39,752 nucleotides of DNA from Methanobacteriota archaeon (GTDB lineage Archaea > Halobacteriota > Halobacteria > Halobacteriales > Halalkalicoccaceae). Below the pieces are notes generated by a model. It was not told the DNA's origin. It worked only from the letters and a program-made list of their open reading frames with translations, and did no database searches. The stretch is from contig JADFQH010000002.1 of assembly GCA_022561895.1 (NCBI GenBank), forward strand, positions 1-39,752. Direction: 5' to 3'. Position 1 is the stretch's first letter. The number at the start of each line of letters is the position of its first letter. Shown here piece after piece: positions 19,923 to 29,215 of this stretch. A program made the translations under genes and the position numbers.

Positions 19923-22900
19923 CTAATTCTCACCCGACTCGCTCACGTACCCACCACTGAGATACTCCTCCATCGTCTCGTCCTCCTGGGTCGGGCGGAT
20001 CCCCTTCTCGACGGGCTCCCAGTCACCCTCGCCATCCACGCCGCCGTCTTCTGCTTTCTCCACTCGCACGAACGACTCCTTCGGCGCGCCGTTTGCGGCG
20101 TGAACGTCAGGTTCGAAGCCCACATCGAGGGTCTGTCCGGCCAGATCCTTCCGGGCCATCGTATCCGTGAGCCACGTCCGTCGGAGCCACGTCGTCGTCG
20201 CCGACTGGTGGCCCCCTTGACGATAGAGCGAGACGTAGTTCGTCTCCTCGGATTCGGCCATCCCGTCCTCACGCTCTTTTGACGCCTCGTAGCTTTTGTG
20301 CGAGGTCTGGTTCAGGTTCATCCAGCTTCGGGTCACCCCCTCGGGAAGGCTCGGCTGGTAGCGAATTCGCATCATCGCGCGGGCGTACTCGTCCGCTTCG
20401 TTATCGGGATCGAACCCCTCGAACGGGCGATCCGAGGGATCGGCGTCGACCCAGACGTAATCGCCGTCCTGAAGCCCCTCGTTGCGGGCGTCATCGGGGT
20501 TCATCTCGATATACCCTTCGCCGAAGTACGGCATGCGCTCGTCGTTTCGCTTCAGGTCGCCGGTGTTGCCCCACCAGACCGCGATGTTCGGCAGGGAGTT
20601 CGCGAACGTGTGGGTTCCGTGGCGGTATTTCGGCGTCATGTAGACGTACTCGTAGCCCTCGCCGAGCTCGGTAAGCGGATGAACCGAATCGGTCAGTTCG
20701 GTCGGAGATTTGACCACGTTGCGAACCTGTCGATCGTTCGTATCACTCACGACCGCCTCGTCATCCCAACCCCGATCATCGGGCGTCTCGGGAGCCACGA
20801 CGGGACTGCTGCTGTCGTCGACGAGCACGTTCGGCTCGTAGGGCGTGGCGTCCATCGGCTCGCGGTGTACCGGCAAGTTCTCGCCGGCCTCGGCGAACTC
20901 CGGCTCCTCCCGGAAGAATTCTAGCCTTCCTGTCTTTGTGTACCACGGATCGTCGTCCTCGGTCTGCTCGGTGCCGACCTTCTTGGGGTAGGTCCGGGTC
21001 ATGATGATCGCCGGAGTCCCCTCGCGGGCGTCCTCCAGTAGCTCCTCGACATCGTAGCCCGCGACCGTGTTCGAGTTGTCGATGATCCGCTGAAGATACG
21101 GCTTTGCCCGATACTCATCTTCGTCGATGAACTCCCAGTAGTCGGCAAAGCGACTGTCGCCGGTCAGCTCCCCGAGATGTTCGGCGACGCCCGAATAAAT
21201 CTGGGCGTCGTTTCGTGTGTTGTAGATCCGGTCGATCCCCGTCTCGGGCATCGTCGTGATAAATGGATTAGTAACCGAGGCGGTGATGTCGTGGACGTGG
21301 TGTTCGGCCCACGAGTCCACCGGAAAGACGATATCCGAGTACTCACAGGTCATCGTCCACCACCACTCGTTGGTGAAAAACGCCTCGATTTTCCCGTTTC
21401 GAAGCATGTTCTCGATGATCTTGTACGATCCCTTCGCGTTGCCAAGAATCGAGTTCGATCCGGCGACCCATACGGATTTCGTGGGCGTGTGCATGTGCGA
21501 GTCGCCCTGGAAGTACTCGCCGTCGACTTCGAGTGGCTCGTCCAAGTTGGTGTAGAAATGCGCCGACTGGTCGTCGTATCGCTTGTCGACTTCGGCCGGC
21601 TCGTCGGGATCGAGTTCGACATCGAAGGGATCCTCCTCGGTGTAATTGGAGAGTCCGTTGAAGTACGCCGAACGGTAGTTGCCCGAGTAGCTCCCCACAT
21701 TTCCGCTCTGATAGCCGACGTTGCGGGTGAGCGAGGCCACCAGAAAGATCGCCCGGTCCTTGTTGTCGGAGTTGGTGTAGTGGTTCGGGCCCATCCCCGT
21801 CAGGACGAGCGTGTTCTCCTGGTTGTCGGCGAAATCATGGGCAAGATTCTCGACCGCTTCGGGGGCCGTTCCGGTGACTTCCGCCGCCGAATCGAGATCC
21901 CACGTCTCGACGAGGTGCTCCCGAACGAGGTCGAAGACCGGACGGACTTCGACGGTTTCGCCGTCTTCGAGTTCGACCTCGAACTCGCCTTCGAGGGTGG
22001 CGGAAGTTTCGAAATCGTCGCCCACGTCGTCGCGGGTCACAGCCTCCAGCTCGCCGGTTTCGTCGTTTCGAACCACGAAATCGCCCCACTCGCCGCGAAG
22101 CTCATCCGAGAGGATCTGCTGGTCGAGGTCCGTCACGGCCGTTGGGGGTTGCTCCCCGTCGCCGACCGTCTGAGTTTTCTCCAGCTCTTCGGGTTCGTAG
22201 CCCGCGAAGGTGTCGCTCGCGCGCAGCATTTCGTTGGTGTCCATCCGGACCAAGAGGGGCAAATCCGTGTTCTTGCGGACGAACTCCTCGTCATACAACT
22301 CCTCCTCGATGAGGACGCGCGCGGCTCCGAGAAACAGCGCCGAATCCGTCGCCGGGCGCACGGTGATCAACTCGTCGCATTTCGCGGCGGTGGCGTTATA
22401 ATCAGTAAAAATCCCCGTGACCTTCGTTCCCTTGAGCTTCGCCTCGGTCAGCCAGTGGCTATCGGCCATCTTCGTCGTCAGGTAGTTGAGCCCGGCGACG
22501 ACGACGTGGTCGGCGTACTCGACGCTCGCGAGGTCGAAATCCACGGTTTGCTGACCGGTGACCATCGTGTGACCCGGCGGCAGGTCGGTGTGAAACGAGT
22601 AGTTGTCGAGGCCGACCGCCCCCAAGGCGTCGTCCTCACCCACGCCCCGGACGTAGCTGTCCAGAAGCGCCATCGAGTTCGCATTTCTGTACTGGCCCCA
22701 GAGTTTGATCACTCCCAGAAGGGGCATCCCGCCGCGGAACTTCATCGAACGCACGCCAGCGCCCTCGGTCTGGGAAACGACGCGCTCGTCGTACTCCTGT
22801 TCGAGCAGGCGCTCCATCCCTGCCTCGCCGCTGTAGGTCTCCGCGATGTCGAGGAAGGTCCGGGCGGCAAGCTCGTAGGCCTCCTCGAAGCTCACCTCGA

Positions 22901-23438
22901 TGAACTCGTCCGTTCCGCGCTGGGCGTACGCAGTAGGCATCGAACCGTCCTCGTTGCGCGGGAAGCCCTCTTCGACCCACTCGGCGAATCCCTCACGAAC
23001 CATCGGCGCTTTCACCCGTCGCTCGCTGTAAAAGCGCTCGATCATCGCAAGCCCCTTGTTACACACCCTCGGATCCCAGCGCTGGCTCGACTGATTTCCG
23101 TCGAGATCCGTCGCCTCGCCGTAGTTCATCGACGGCCCTAAACGAGTGACGACGCCGTTTTTCACGCTGGCTTCGAGATAGCAGTTGTGGGTGTCGTTTG
23201 GCGTACACGTTAGCATGTAGGCGTCGTCGCGATCCCAGACGTCCCGATAGGACTCTTCCCAGCCCTCGTTGGGATACTCCGAAAGCGGATTGATAACTTC
23301 GCCCTCCGCGTCCGCTTCGGGCTGGAGCCGCCGGTAGCCAAACAGGCCGAGCCCTGCCGCACCGGCCGTCCCCGCGATGGTGCCAAGCAGCTCCCGGCGG
23401 CCGACCCCGGTTTGGCCCGCATCGTCCGCGTCGCTCAT
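19923..23438 (-). CDS. Molybdopterin (Mo-bisPGD) oxidoreductase alpha subunit, DMSO reductase type II, NxrA-like; Tat-exported
   Basis: GRRELL Tat signal; NPLSEYPNEGWE; FS0 motif CTPNDTHNC...RVCNKG; NYSFHTDLPPGH (Asp Mo ligand); TPKYRHGTH; EMNPDDA; 1171 aa. Confidence 0.9.
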   Translation of the reverse strand: MSDADDAGQTGVGRRELLGTIAGTAGAAGLGLFGYRRLQPEADAEGEVINPLSEYPNEGWEESYRDVWDRDDAYMLTCTPNDTHNCYLEASVKNGVVTRLGPSMNYGEATDLDGNQSSQRWDPRVCNKGLAMIERFYSERRVKAPMVREGFAEWVEEGFPRNEDGSMPTAYAQRGTDEFIEVSFEEAYELAARTFLDIAETYSGEAGMERLLEQEYDERVVSQTEGAGVRSMKFRGGMPLLGVIKLWGQYRNANSMALLDSYVRGVGEDDALGAVGLDNYSFHTDLPPGHTMVTGQQTVDFDLASVEYADHVVVAGLNYLTTKMADSHWLTEAKLKGTKVTGIFTDYNATAAKCDELITVRPATDSALFLGAARVLIEEELYDEEFVRKNTDLPLLVRMDTNEMLRASDTFAGYEPEELEKTQTVGDGEQPPTAVTDLDQQILSDELRGEWGDFVVRNDETGELEAVTRDDVGDDFETSATLEGEFEVELEDGETVEVRPVFDLVREHLVETWDLDSAAEVTGTAPEAVENLAHDFADNQENTLVLTGMGPNHYTNSDNKDRAIFLVASLTRNVGYQSGNVGSYSGNYRSAYFNGLSNYTEEDPFDVELDPDEPAEVDKRYDDQSAHFYTNLDEPLEVDGEYFQGDSHMHTPTKSVWVAGSNSILGNAKGSYKIIENMLRNGKIEAFFTNEWWWTMTCEYSDIVFPVDSWAEHHVHDITASVTNPFITTMPETGIDRIYNTRNDAQIYSGVAEHLGELTGDSRFADYWEFIDEDEYRAKPYLQRIIDNSNTVAGYDVEELLEDAREGTPAIIMTRTYPKKVGTEQTEDDDPWYTKTGRLEFFREEPEFAEAGENLPVHREPMDATPYEPNVLVDDSSSPVVAPETPDDRGWDDEAVVSDTNDRQVRNVVKSPTELTDSVHPLTELGEGYEYVYMTPKYRHGTHTFANSLPNIAVWWGNTGDLKRNDERMPYFGEGYIEMNPDDARNEGLQDGDYVWVDADPSDRPFEGFDPDNEADEYARAMMRIRYQPSLPEGVTRSWMNLNQTSHKSYEASKEREDGMAESEETNYVSLYRQGGHQSATTTWLRRTWLTDTMARKDLAGQTLDVGFEPDVHAANGAPKESFVRVEKAEDGGVDGEGDWEPVEKGIRPTQEDETMEEYLSGGYVSESGEN

Positions 23439-23545
23439 CGGTCCCACCTCGCTGCTTTTCGTTCGATCGTTTGATCCGCTGCTTGTGTGGTTTTGTCGTT
23501 CATCGTTGGTCGTTCGGTTTTGGTATCGATCTGCGGAACTCTCAT
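23435..23545 (-). CDS. 36-aa bridging ORF with ATGA overlaps at both ends
   Basis: MRVPQIDTKTERPTMNDKTTQAADQTIERKAARWDR; start overlaps the mrp-like stop and stop overlaps the alpha ATG. Confidence 0.4.
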   Translation of the reverse strand: MRVPQIDTKTERPTMNDKTTQAADQTIERKAARWDR

Positions 23546-24906
23546 GCTGGCTCACCTCCCGGCTTGACGAGTCGTCGCCCACTTTCGAGATTCGTGACTT
23601 CGAAATCGCGATCGAACTCGCTCTCAAGGAGTTCGGGAAGATCGTCGTCGGCGACGACCAGCGGCCGCGGGCCGTCGGGAGCGGCCCCATATTCGAGGAC
23701 CGCTTGGCGCTCGCGCACCCGCTCGGGCAGGCCGCTGAGATCAACAGTACCGGTGGGAAGGTCCTCGATTACTCGTGCGAGATGGATCTGAACCGCCTCG
23801 GCCAGTCCATTGAAGCAGCACTCGGTTTCCGTATCGAGCGCCGCAAACTCGACCGCAGCAGGCCGTTGAATCGCCGGATCGAACGGAATTTTCGTCTTCT
23901 CGGGAGTGCCCGGCGCAGTTTCGAGCAATTCCTCGAACGTGCGCTCGCCCGCGCGGATCCCGCCACTAACCATGTTTTCGACGATGGCAGCGACCGGAAT
24001 ATCATGAGCGTCGGCCAGCCCTGCCGTTCGTGTGGTGTTCCGTACGCTCACGTCGCTGGGCGTCGAAACCAGCACCGCGCCGTCGACGGGCACGCGCGAG
24101 AAGACGGTCTCCGTGACCTCGCCGACTCCCGGCGGAAGGTCGACGAGCAGCACGTCCCGGTCGCTCCACGCCGCGTTCGAGAGTAGGTCGGCGAGCACGT
24201 CGTGGGCCATCGCGCCGCGCCACGCCATCGGCCGGTCGCCCGAAACGAGATCGAGGCTCACCACCTGAAACCCGCTTTTCAGAGCCGGCGCGGGCGTGCC
24301 GGTCGCCGTGGTCGTCACCATATCATCGATTCCGAGCAGCTCACTGATGGCGGGGGCCTCGAAATCGGCATCAAAAATTCCGACATCGAGGCCCGCCCTT
24401 TGGAGAAGTCGCGCGAGCACAACTGTAAGGGTACTCTTGCCGGTGCCGCCTTTCGCGCCGCCGACCGCGATGACCGTCTCCGCGCCGTTTGGCGCGAGGC
24501 CGTCTTCGGCTTGCTCCCGTCGAACACTTTGGATCCGACAGTGCTTGACGCCCTCGATTGCGAGCGCCCGTCCGAGCAGCTGATCGCCCACGCGGTCCGC
24601 AGTGTCGGAAGCCAGCCCGGAGCAGTCGACCGTCGCCGTGACGATCCCATCGCCGACTCCGAGATCGGTCAGCACCTCGCTTGCGACGAGATCACCATGG
24701 GGCGTTTCGATCCCTCTGACTTCCGAGACGAGCCGTGTACGGATCCGATCCTCATCGGAGAGGTCTTCGGGAAGCGACTGTGTACCCGCTTGCTCTCGGT
24801 GGGTGCCCGACAGCGTGGGATCGTCCATCGGGCGGTAGCTCCCGTTTGGTGGCCCGCTCGGACAGCCCGCTCCCTGCTCGGGCTTTTCCTGTGGATCGTC
24901 AGTCAT
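23542..24906 (-). CDS. Divergent Mrp/NBP35-like P-loop NTPase lacking CPxC, with extra C-terminal (DUF2249-like) domain
   Basis: GAKGGTGKST, WRGAM, DLPPGVG, ENM not followed by CxxC. Confidence 0.8.
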   Translation of the reverse strand: MTDDPQEKPEQGAGCPSGPPNGSYRPMDDPTLSGTHREQAGTQSLPEDLSDEDRIRTRLVSEVRGIETPHGDLVASEVLTDLGVGDGIVTATVDCSGLASDTADRVGDQLLGRALAIEGVKHCRIQSVRREQAEDGLAPNGAETVIAVGGAKGGTGKSTLTVVLARLLQRAGLDVGIFDADFEAPAISELLGIDDMVTTTATGTPAPALKSGFQVVSLDLVSGDRPMAWRGAMAHDVLADLLSNAAWSDRDVLLVDLPPGVGEVTETVFSRVPVDGAVLVSTPSDVSVRNTTRTAGLADAHDIPVAAIVENMVSGGIRAGERTFEELLETAPGTPEKTKIPFDPAIQRPAAVEFAALDTETECCFNGLAEAVQIHLARVIEDLPTGTVDLSGLPERVRERQAVLEYGAAPDGPRPLVVADDDLPELLESEFDRDFEVTNLESGRRLVKPGGEPA

Positions 24907-25396
24907 TGGCTTCCTCCTTGGATTGGGGCACGATCCGTTCGAACTCCTCGGAATCATCCTCTGGTTCGAGTCGCCGTCCCTCGATTCGACTGACCCGTTT
25001 GATCGTGCGCGTACCGTCGATGGCGGGGGCGATCAGCCGCGGAAGCTCATCAGAACTGTCCAGCCGCTCGGTTGCGAGGATCCCATCGAGCAGGTCGGCA
25101 ATCGCGATACAGACTCGAAATTCGTCGTCGGATTCAACGATCAGGTGCGTCGAGTCGGGATCGATCTCGCTCGTGGCGACGAGTTCCGAGAGTGAAATTC
25201 CTCGCCAGCGCCCGCCGAAGCGATCCCCGGAGACACAGACGTACTCACACCGGCGCTCGGTGAGGTCGAACCCCGTTCGAGCGCTCCGCAGATCGATCGA
25301 AACGTCGCCGCCAAGCTCTGGGGGATCCAGTGCCTGATTGCTTCGCGGGGCTGGCTCCGGCGGAGCTTCGATACCGGCGGTCGTCTGGTGGCTCAT
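24899..25396 (-). CDS. Small molybdopterin-dependent oxidoreductase-like (Oxidored_molyb fold) protein
   Basis: YVCVSGDRFGGRWRGISLSEL...PRLIAPAIDGTRTIKRVSRI, as in haloarchaeal pterin-cluster proteins. Confidence 0.7.
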   Translation of the reverse strand: MSHQTTAGIEAPPEPAPRSNQALDPPELGGDVSIDLRSARTGFDLTERRCEYVCVSGDRFGGRWRGISLSELVATSEIDPDSTHLIVESDDEFRVCIAIADLLDGILATERLDSSDELPRLIAPAIDGTRTIKRVSRIEGRRLEPEDDSEEFERIVPQSKEEAND

Positions 25397-25433
25397 ATCT
25401 ATCGATGGGACTCCCCGACCCCTCGCACTGGCG

Positions 25434-25458
25434 CTTAACCCGTTTCGGGTTTTAAGTA
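25434..25458 (-). promoter_or_regulatory. Cluster promoter motif, copy 1 (palindrome aacccg-ttt-cgggtt between TTAA boxes)
   Basis: cttaacccgtttcgggttttaagta, 38 nt from ATG 25396. Confidence 0.75.
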
Positions 25459-25626
25459 CGGACTCGGAGCAGCCGACGATCCTGAGAGCGATCTCGACCG
25501 GATGCTCGCATCGGCGTAGGACCTGTCGTTCACAACCGAGCTGCCCGCTTCCCTCCCGGTTCTCAGTCGCTGGGAACCGACACCGCTTCTTAGGTAGTTA
25601 TCGAATCGAGTTCGAATCGAAGGCCC

Positions 25627-25803
25627 ATGTCCGAAGAACGATCCGTCGACGTGCCGGAGTGTGGCGGCTGCCCAATCGACACCGGCGAGTGTCCTACAGT
25701 ACTGGTATCGAACACCGGCTCGCGCGTCGTCTTCTGTGAGCGAGGGAACACGGAGGGGTGGCTCGCAAGCGACGTCGTTTTCGATGTAATCGAGATGCGC
25801 TGA
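25627..25803 (+). CDS. 58-aa Cys-containing small protein (below ORF track cutoff)
   Basis: MSEERSVDVPECGGCPIDTGECPTVLVSNTGSRVVFCERGNTEGWLASDVVFDVIEMR; the C-terminal VF..GN.EGWLASD resembles small conserved haloarchaeal proteins. Confidence 0.55.
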   Translation: MSEERSVDVPECGGCPIDTGECPTVLVSNTGSRVVFCERGNTEGWLASDVVFDVIEMR

Positions 25804-26017
25804 GAGACACGCCGGTTTCCGATGAAGCGTGATCGACTTAGCGGTCTCGGTTGGCGTCGCCCCTGTTATTTCGGGAGTCCATTGTCCCAGTTTACCCCCC
25901 GAGGCGACACCGACGAACCGCTGCGTGACACCACCTCGTGGTCGAACCCAGAAATCGAGGGTGGTTCTCTCAATGCATCCAGTTCTCACGTTTGTTCCGG
26001 CGTGTGAGGACAGTCGA

Positions 26018-26428
26018 TTACTCGAGGGCGAGACTCAGTCGCAATGCATCGTCAATCGCTGTCATCGTTGGCGCATCGAGGCTCCCAACCACCGAGTGCA
26101 CTCGCTTTTCGATGGAGATAACGCGAATCTGATCCAACCGCACAGACGAATCCTTCTCGACCGGTGAGTTCGACGCTTCGACTAATACTTCGAAGGGATA
26201 GCCTCTATACGTCCCCGTTGCGGGCACGACGATGGTCGTGCTTGAATTTCTGTTGCCGACATCGTTCTGGACGACCACCGCAGGTCGCGTTTTCTTCATC
26301 TCGGAGGACCGCTGGTCTTCCGACGACTCATCGAAGTCCCGCTGGCACCTCGAGATCTCGTGGCCCTCGGCTGGATCAAATCTGACGATGACGACATCGC
26401 CGCGTCGAATCTCCGATTGCTCACTCAT
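26018..26428 (-). CDS. mazF: PemK/MazF family toxin with 19-aa in-frame insertion
   Basis: IRRGDVVIVRFDPAEGHE[insert]MKKTRPAVVVQNDVGN...LDQIRVISIEKR. Confidence 0.9.
   Translation of the reverse strand: MSEQSEIRRGDVVIVRFDPAEGHEISRCQRDFDESSEDQRSSEMKKTRPAVVVQNDVGNRNSSTTIVVPATGTYRGYPFEVLVEASNSPVEKDSSVRLDQIRVISIEKRVHSVVGSLDAPTMTAIDDALRLSLALE
26298..26360. repeat. Small double-hairpin (REP/MITE-like) insertion flanked by 6-bp direct repeat atctcg
   Basis: atctcg at 26298-26303 and 26355-26360; hairpins tcggaggacc-gct-ggtcttccga and tcgaagtccc-gct-ggcacctcga. Confidence 0.75.
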
Positions 26429-26661
26429 TCAGCGAGTCCGTCCCACGCTTCGTCCGCTGTCCCGTCCCATTCGTCGGCGAGGGCGCTAGCGCTCTCGGAT
26501 GCCTCGCGGTACGCGGTGGCCAGTTCCTCCTCGTCGGGACGGTCGGATTCGACCTCGATGACGGCGACTGTGACGCGTTTGTTCGCGTACTCGGTTCCGA
26601 GGTAGATACGTCCTCGGTCGTCGGTGTCGTTCGTCCGGAAGTTGGTTGCGTCGACGTTCAT
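26425..26661 (-). CDS. Putative antitoxin (AbrB/MazE-like N-terminus, acidic C-terminus)
   Basis: TDDRGRIYLG motif; ATGA overlap with mazF. Confidence 0.7.
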   Translation of the reverse strand: MNVDATNFRTNDTDDRGRIYLGTEYANKRVTVAVIEVESDRPDEEELATAYREASESASALADEWDGTADEAWDGLAE

Positions 26662-26905
26662 TGTAGTACTCACTATGACCCACTAGTGCAAGTATTTGCC
26701 CACTATTACCCACATCGATTATCGAGGACAAGATACTATACATCACAGACCCGCTAAATCCGCTGTAATCCCATCTTTCAAACCGGACCATATCTGTATC
26801 GCCACATACTGTTTATCTTCGGGATAGAAACCGAATTCGGTTTCGTATATAAAGATCTTAATTGTGAACGGATACGCAAAGCGGGTTGGAAACCATCTAT
26901 CGAGC

Positions 26906-27139
26906 ATGAACGCGACCGACATCATCACCCGACGGACGCTGTACGCCCACTCCCGAGTGATCGTCAAAACGATCTGCTACCGGATATTTATGTTTCTGAT
27001 CACGGCGATCATCGCACTGGTCGTCACCGGCAGCCTCGCCGAGGCGCTCAGTATCGGGGTGGCGACGAATCTCCTCAAAACCCTCACCTACTACGGCTAC
27101 GAACAGCTCTGGGCGCATATCTCGTGGGGGATCAACTAA
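26906..27139 (+). CDS. DUF2061-like small membrane protein
   Basis: RVIVKTICYR...KTLTYYGYEQLWAHISWG. Confidence 0.75.
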   Translation: MNATDIITRRTLYAHSRVIVKTICYRIFMFLITAIIALVVTGSLAEALSIGVATNLLKTLTYYGYEQLWAHISWGIN

Positions 27140-27209
27140 GCGGTAGCGCGGAGTAGTCACCCGACAACCCGTATCGGCGACACTCCGTCGCATATCACGG
27201 CTATAACTA

Positions 27210-27415
27210 TGTTCGTTACAAACGATTGTTTCAAACACATGGTTGAAACACATACTACAAACGTTACAAACGAATCGCTACGGCGAAATCGGGCGTTGCC
27301 GGTCTCGAACGGTACTGTTGATCCCTTCAGTCGGTCCCTCTATACATCGCTTGCAAACGACTGTTTTAACCAGTTGTTACAAATGAACGCTACAAACCAT
27401 ACAAACGATTGAACG
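27210..27415 (+). repeat. Cluster of short TACAAAC-type repeats upstream of parA (candidate partition/operator site)
   Basis: gttacaaacg at 27215 and 27263, plus ctacaaac, ttgcaaacg, gttacaaatg, gctacaaacc, atacaaacg. Confidence 0.6.
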
Positions 27416-27471
27416 GTGTAGCTGTTTTGTCTGACGAGAACTTATGGTTGAACCGTTCGATGGGTCACTAC

Positions 27472-28368
27472 ATGCTTTCGTACTCAGTGTACAGCGAAGC
27501 AGGGGGTGTCGGGAAGACGACACTCGCCGCGAATCTGGCGGTGGCGCACGCACGAGCCGGATTGGACGTTCTCATCGTCCCGCTCGATCCACAGGACGGG
27601 GATCTGAGCTACCTCTTCGATGTCGATCACGACCGGACGGACAGCGCAGTCGACACGCTCGTGCATCATCTCGTCGATCGCGCGAACGGCGAGTTTCGCG
27701 ATCTCATCCGATCGACCGAACACGGTGTGGATATCGTGCCCGAGCACAACCGACTCGAGGATCTCGGCGAAGCGCTCCGGAAAGAACGCGACGCTCGAAG
27801 TGACTTCGGGGAGTCGTTCCCGATGTGGACACAGCTCCAGCGCGTGCTCCGGGAAGCGAACGTCAACCGTCGATACGACGTGCTCATCGTCGATCCGCCG
27901 GCGAGTTCGGGTCCACAGCTCTACAACGCGCTCGATGCGACCCGGAATCTCGTGCTTCCGATCGAGCCATCCGGGAAGGGACAGGCCTCGGTGAGCGGGT
28001 TGGACGATCTCGTCACGAACCTAGAGGAGCAGTTGGAGATCAGTATTGGCGTGCTCGCTGCGGTCCCGAACCGAGTAAAAGGCACTCGCGATCAGGCCGC
28101 GATCATCGAGGAGATCGAAGCACAGGGGTTCGATGTTCCGGTTATCTTCGGCGATCGAACATCGTTACTAGAGGGGTGTTGGAGAAAGAAATGTAGCGCA
28201 TTCACATACGTGACAGAACACCGTGACCGCCGGCGCGACTACGAGATCGACACGCTGGCGAAGTTCGACGAACTCGCACGTCACCTCGAAGCGACGGGCG
28301 ACATCAGCGCACCGAACCCGCCCGAACCGGGGAGCATCGAGCCTGACGGTGCGGAGGTGCGCGTATGA
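27472..28368 (+). CDS. parA: ParA/Soj family ATPase
   Basis: SEAGGVGKTT (haloarchaeal variant Walker A), LDPQ, IVDPPA. Confidence 0.9.
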   Translation: MLSYSVYSEAGGVGKTTLAANLAVAHARAGLDVLIVPLDPQDGDLSYLFDVDHDRTDSAVDTLVHHLVDRANGEFRDLIRSTEHGVDIVPEHNRLEDLGEALRKERDARSDFGESFPMWTQLQRVLREANVNRRYDVLIVDPPASSGPQLYNALDATRNLVLPIEPSGKGQASVSGLDDLVTNLEEQLEISIGVLAAVPNRVKGTRDQAAIIEEIEAQGFDVPVIFGDRTSLLEGCWRKKCSAFTYVTEHRDRRRDYEIDTLAKFDELARHLEATGDISAPNPPEPGSIEPDGAEVRV

Positions 28369-28817
28369 CCGGCCTGAAATCGGGTTCGGGTGACGATCTG
28401 TGGGGGGAGGATACGAACGAGGATAGCCCACCAGAAGACGATCGACACGTCACTAACGAACAGCCAACGTCGACCGAGGAGACCGATCACACTACAGCCC
28501 CCGAGCAACCGGAGGGAGCCACCGATCGGAGCGAGGAGACTGCTTCCGAGGAATCGACCGAGCGAAAACAGCCGTACATCGTTCGCCGAGCGATTCAGGA
28601 CAGATCCGTGCAGTTCGAGCGCGACGAACGTCTGACCTTTTTCGTTCACGACGACGTTGTCGAGGGGGAACGGGAGCTACTCACGGAGATCGAAGCCGCG
28701 TTCGGACGCGACGTACCCAAGTTCGACGTGCGCGAAGCCGTCTACCGCGCTGCACTCGAAAACCGCGATGACGTGCTCGCGGAGCTTATCGACATGGGGT
28801 ACTCGCCAAAGGAGTGA
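28365..28817 (+). CDS. ParA-associated acidic protein (putative partition adaptor)
   Basis: ATGA overlap with parA; MTGLKSGSGDDLW N-terminus; disordered acidic region followed by KFDVREAVYRAAL. Confidence 0.7.
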   Translation: MTGLKSGSGDDLWGEDTNEDSPPEDDRHVTNEQPTSTEETDHTTAPEQPEGATDRSEETASEESTERKQPYIVRRAIQDRSVQFERDERLTFFVHDDVVEGERELLTEIEAAFGRDVPKFDVREAVYRAALENRDDVLAELIDMGYSPKE

Positions 28818-28920
28818 TCTCCCTCCACCATGACGCTGGTCAACCGAAGATCTTGAAAACGCCGTTCGGAATCACTGTATTTCTTACAGTACAGGCTGTT
28901 TGACGGTATCTGGGGGCGAG

Positions 28921-29215
28921 TCAGCCATCGAGGACTTCGTCAACCTTCTTGGCCGTCTCCTTCGCTTGAATGTCGGAGTACGCCTCGTGGGTGGTTTCGA
29001 TCGAGGAGTGACGAAGCGCGGTCTGGGCGAGTTCGGCATGGCCTTTCGAGTAGAGTTCGTGGCCGAGTCCGCGGCGTCCGCCGTGGGGCTTGAGATACTC
29101 GCCATCGATCTCCAAATCAGCCTCTTCACAGAGGCGTTGCATGAGATTTCGTGCGCCAGCCGTGCTGATCGATGGAACGACGATCCCGTGTTCGCGGATC
29201 AGCTCGTTTCGACAG
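28921..29215 (-). pseudogene. Tyrosine recombinase/integrase C-terminal fragment
   Basis: YLKPHGGRRGLG...ALRHSSIETTHEAY (H-x-x-R, H, Y) with no N-terminal part. Confidence 0.8.

Noticed and set aside
23439-23744. 102-aa N-terminal extension of the alpha subunit in the ORF track
   Set aside because: Overlaps the mrp-like gene; the Tat signal and RBS (gaggtg) support the start at 23438.
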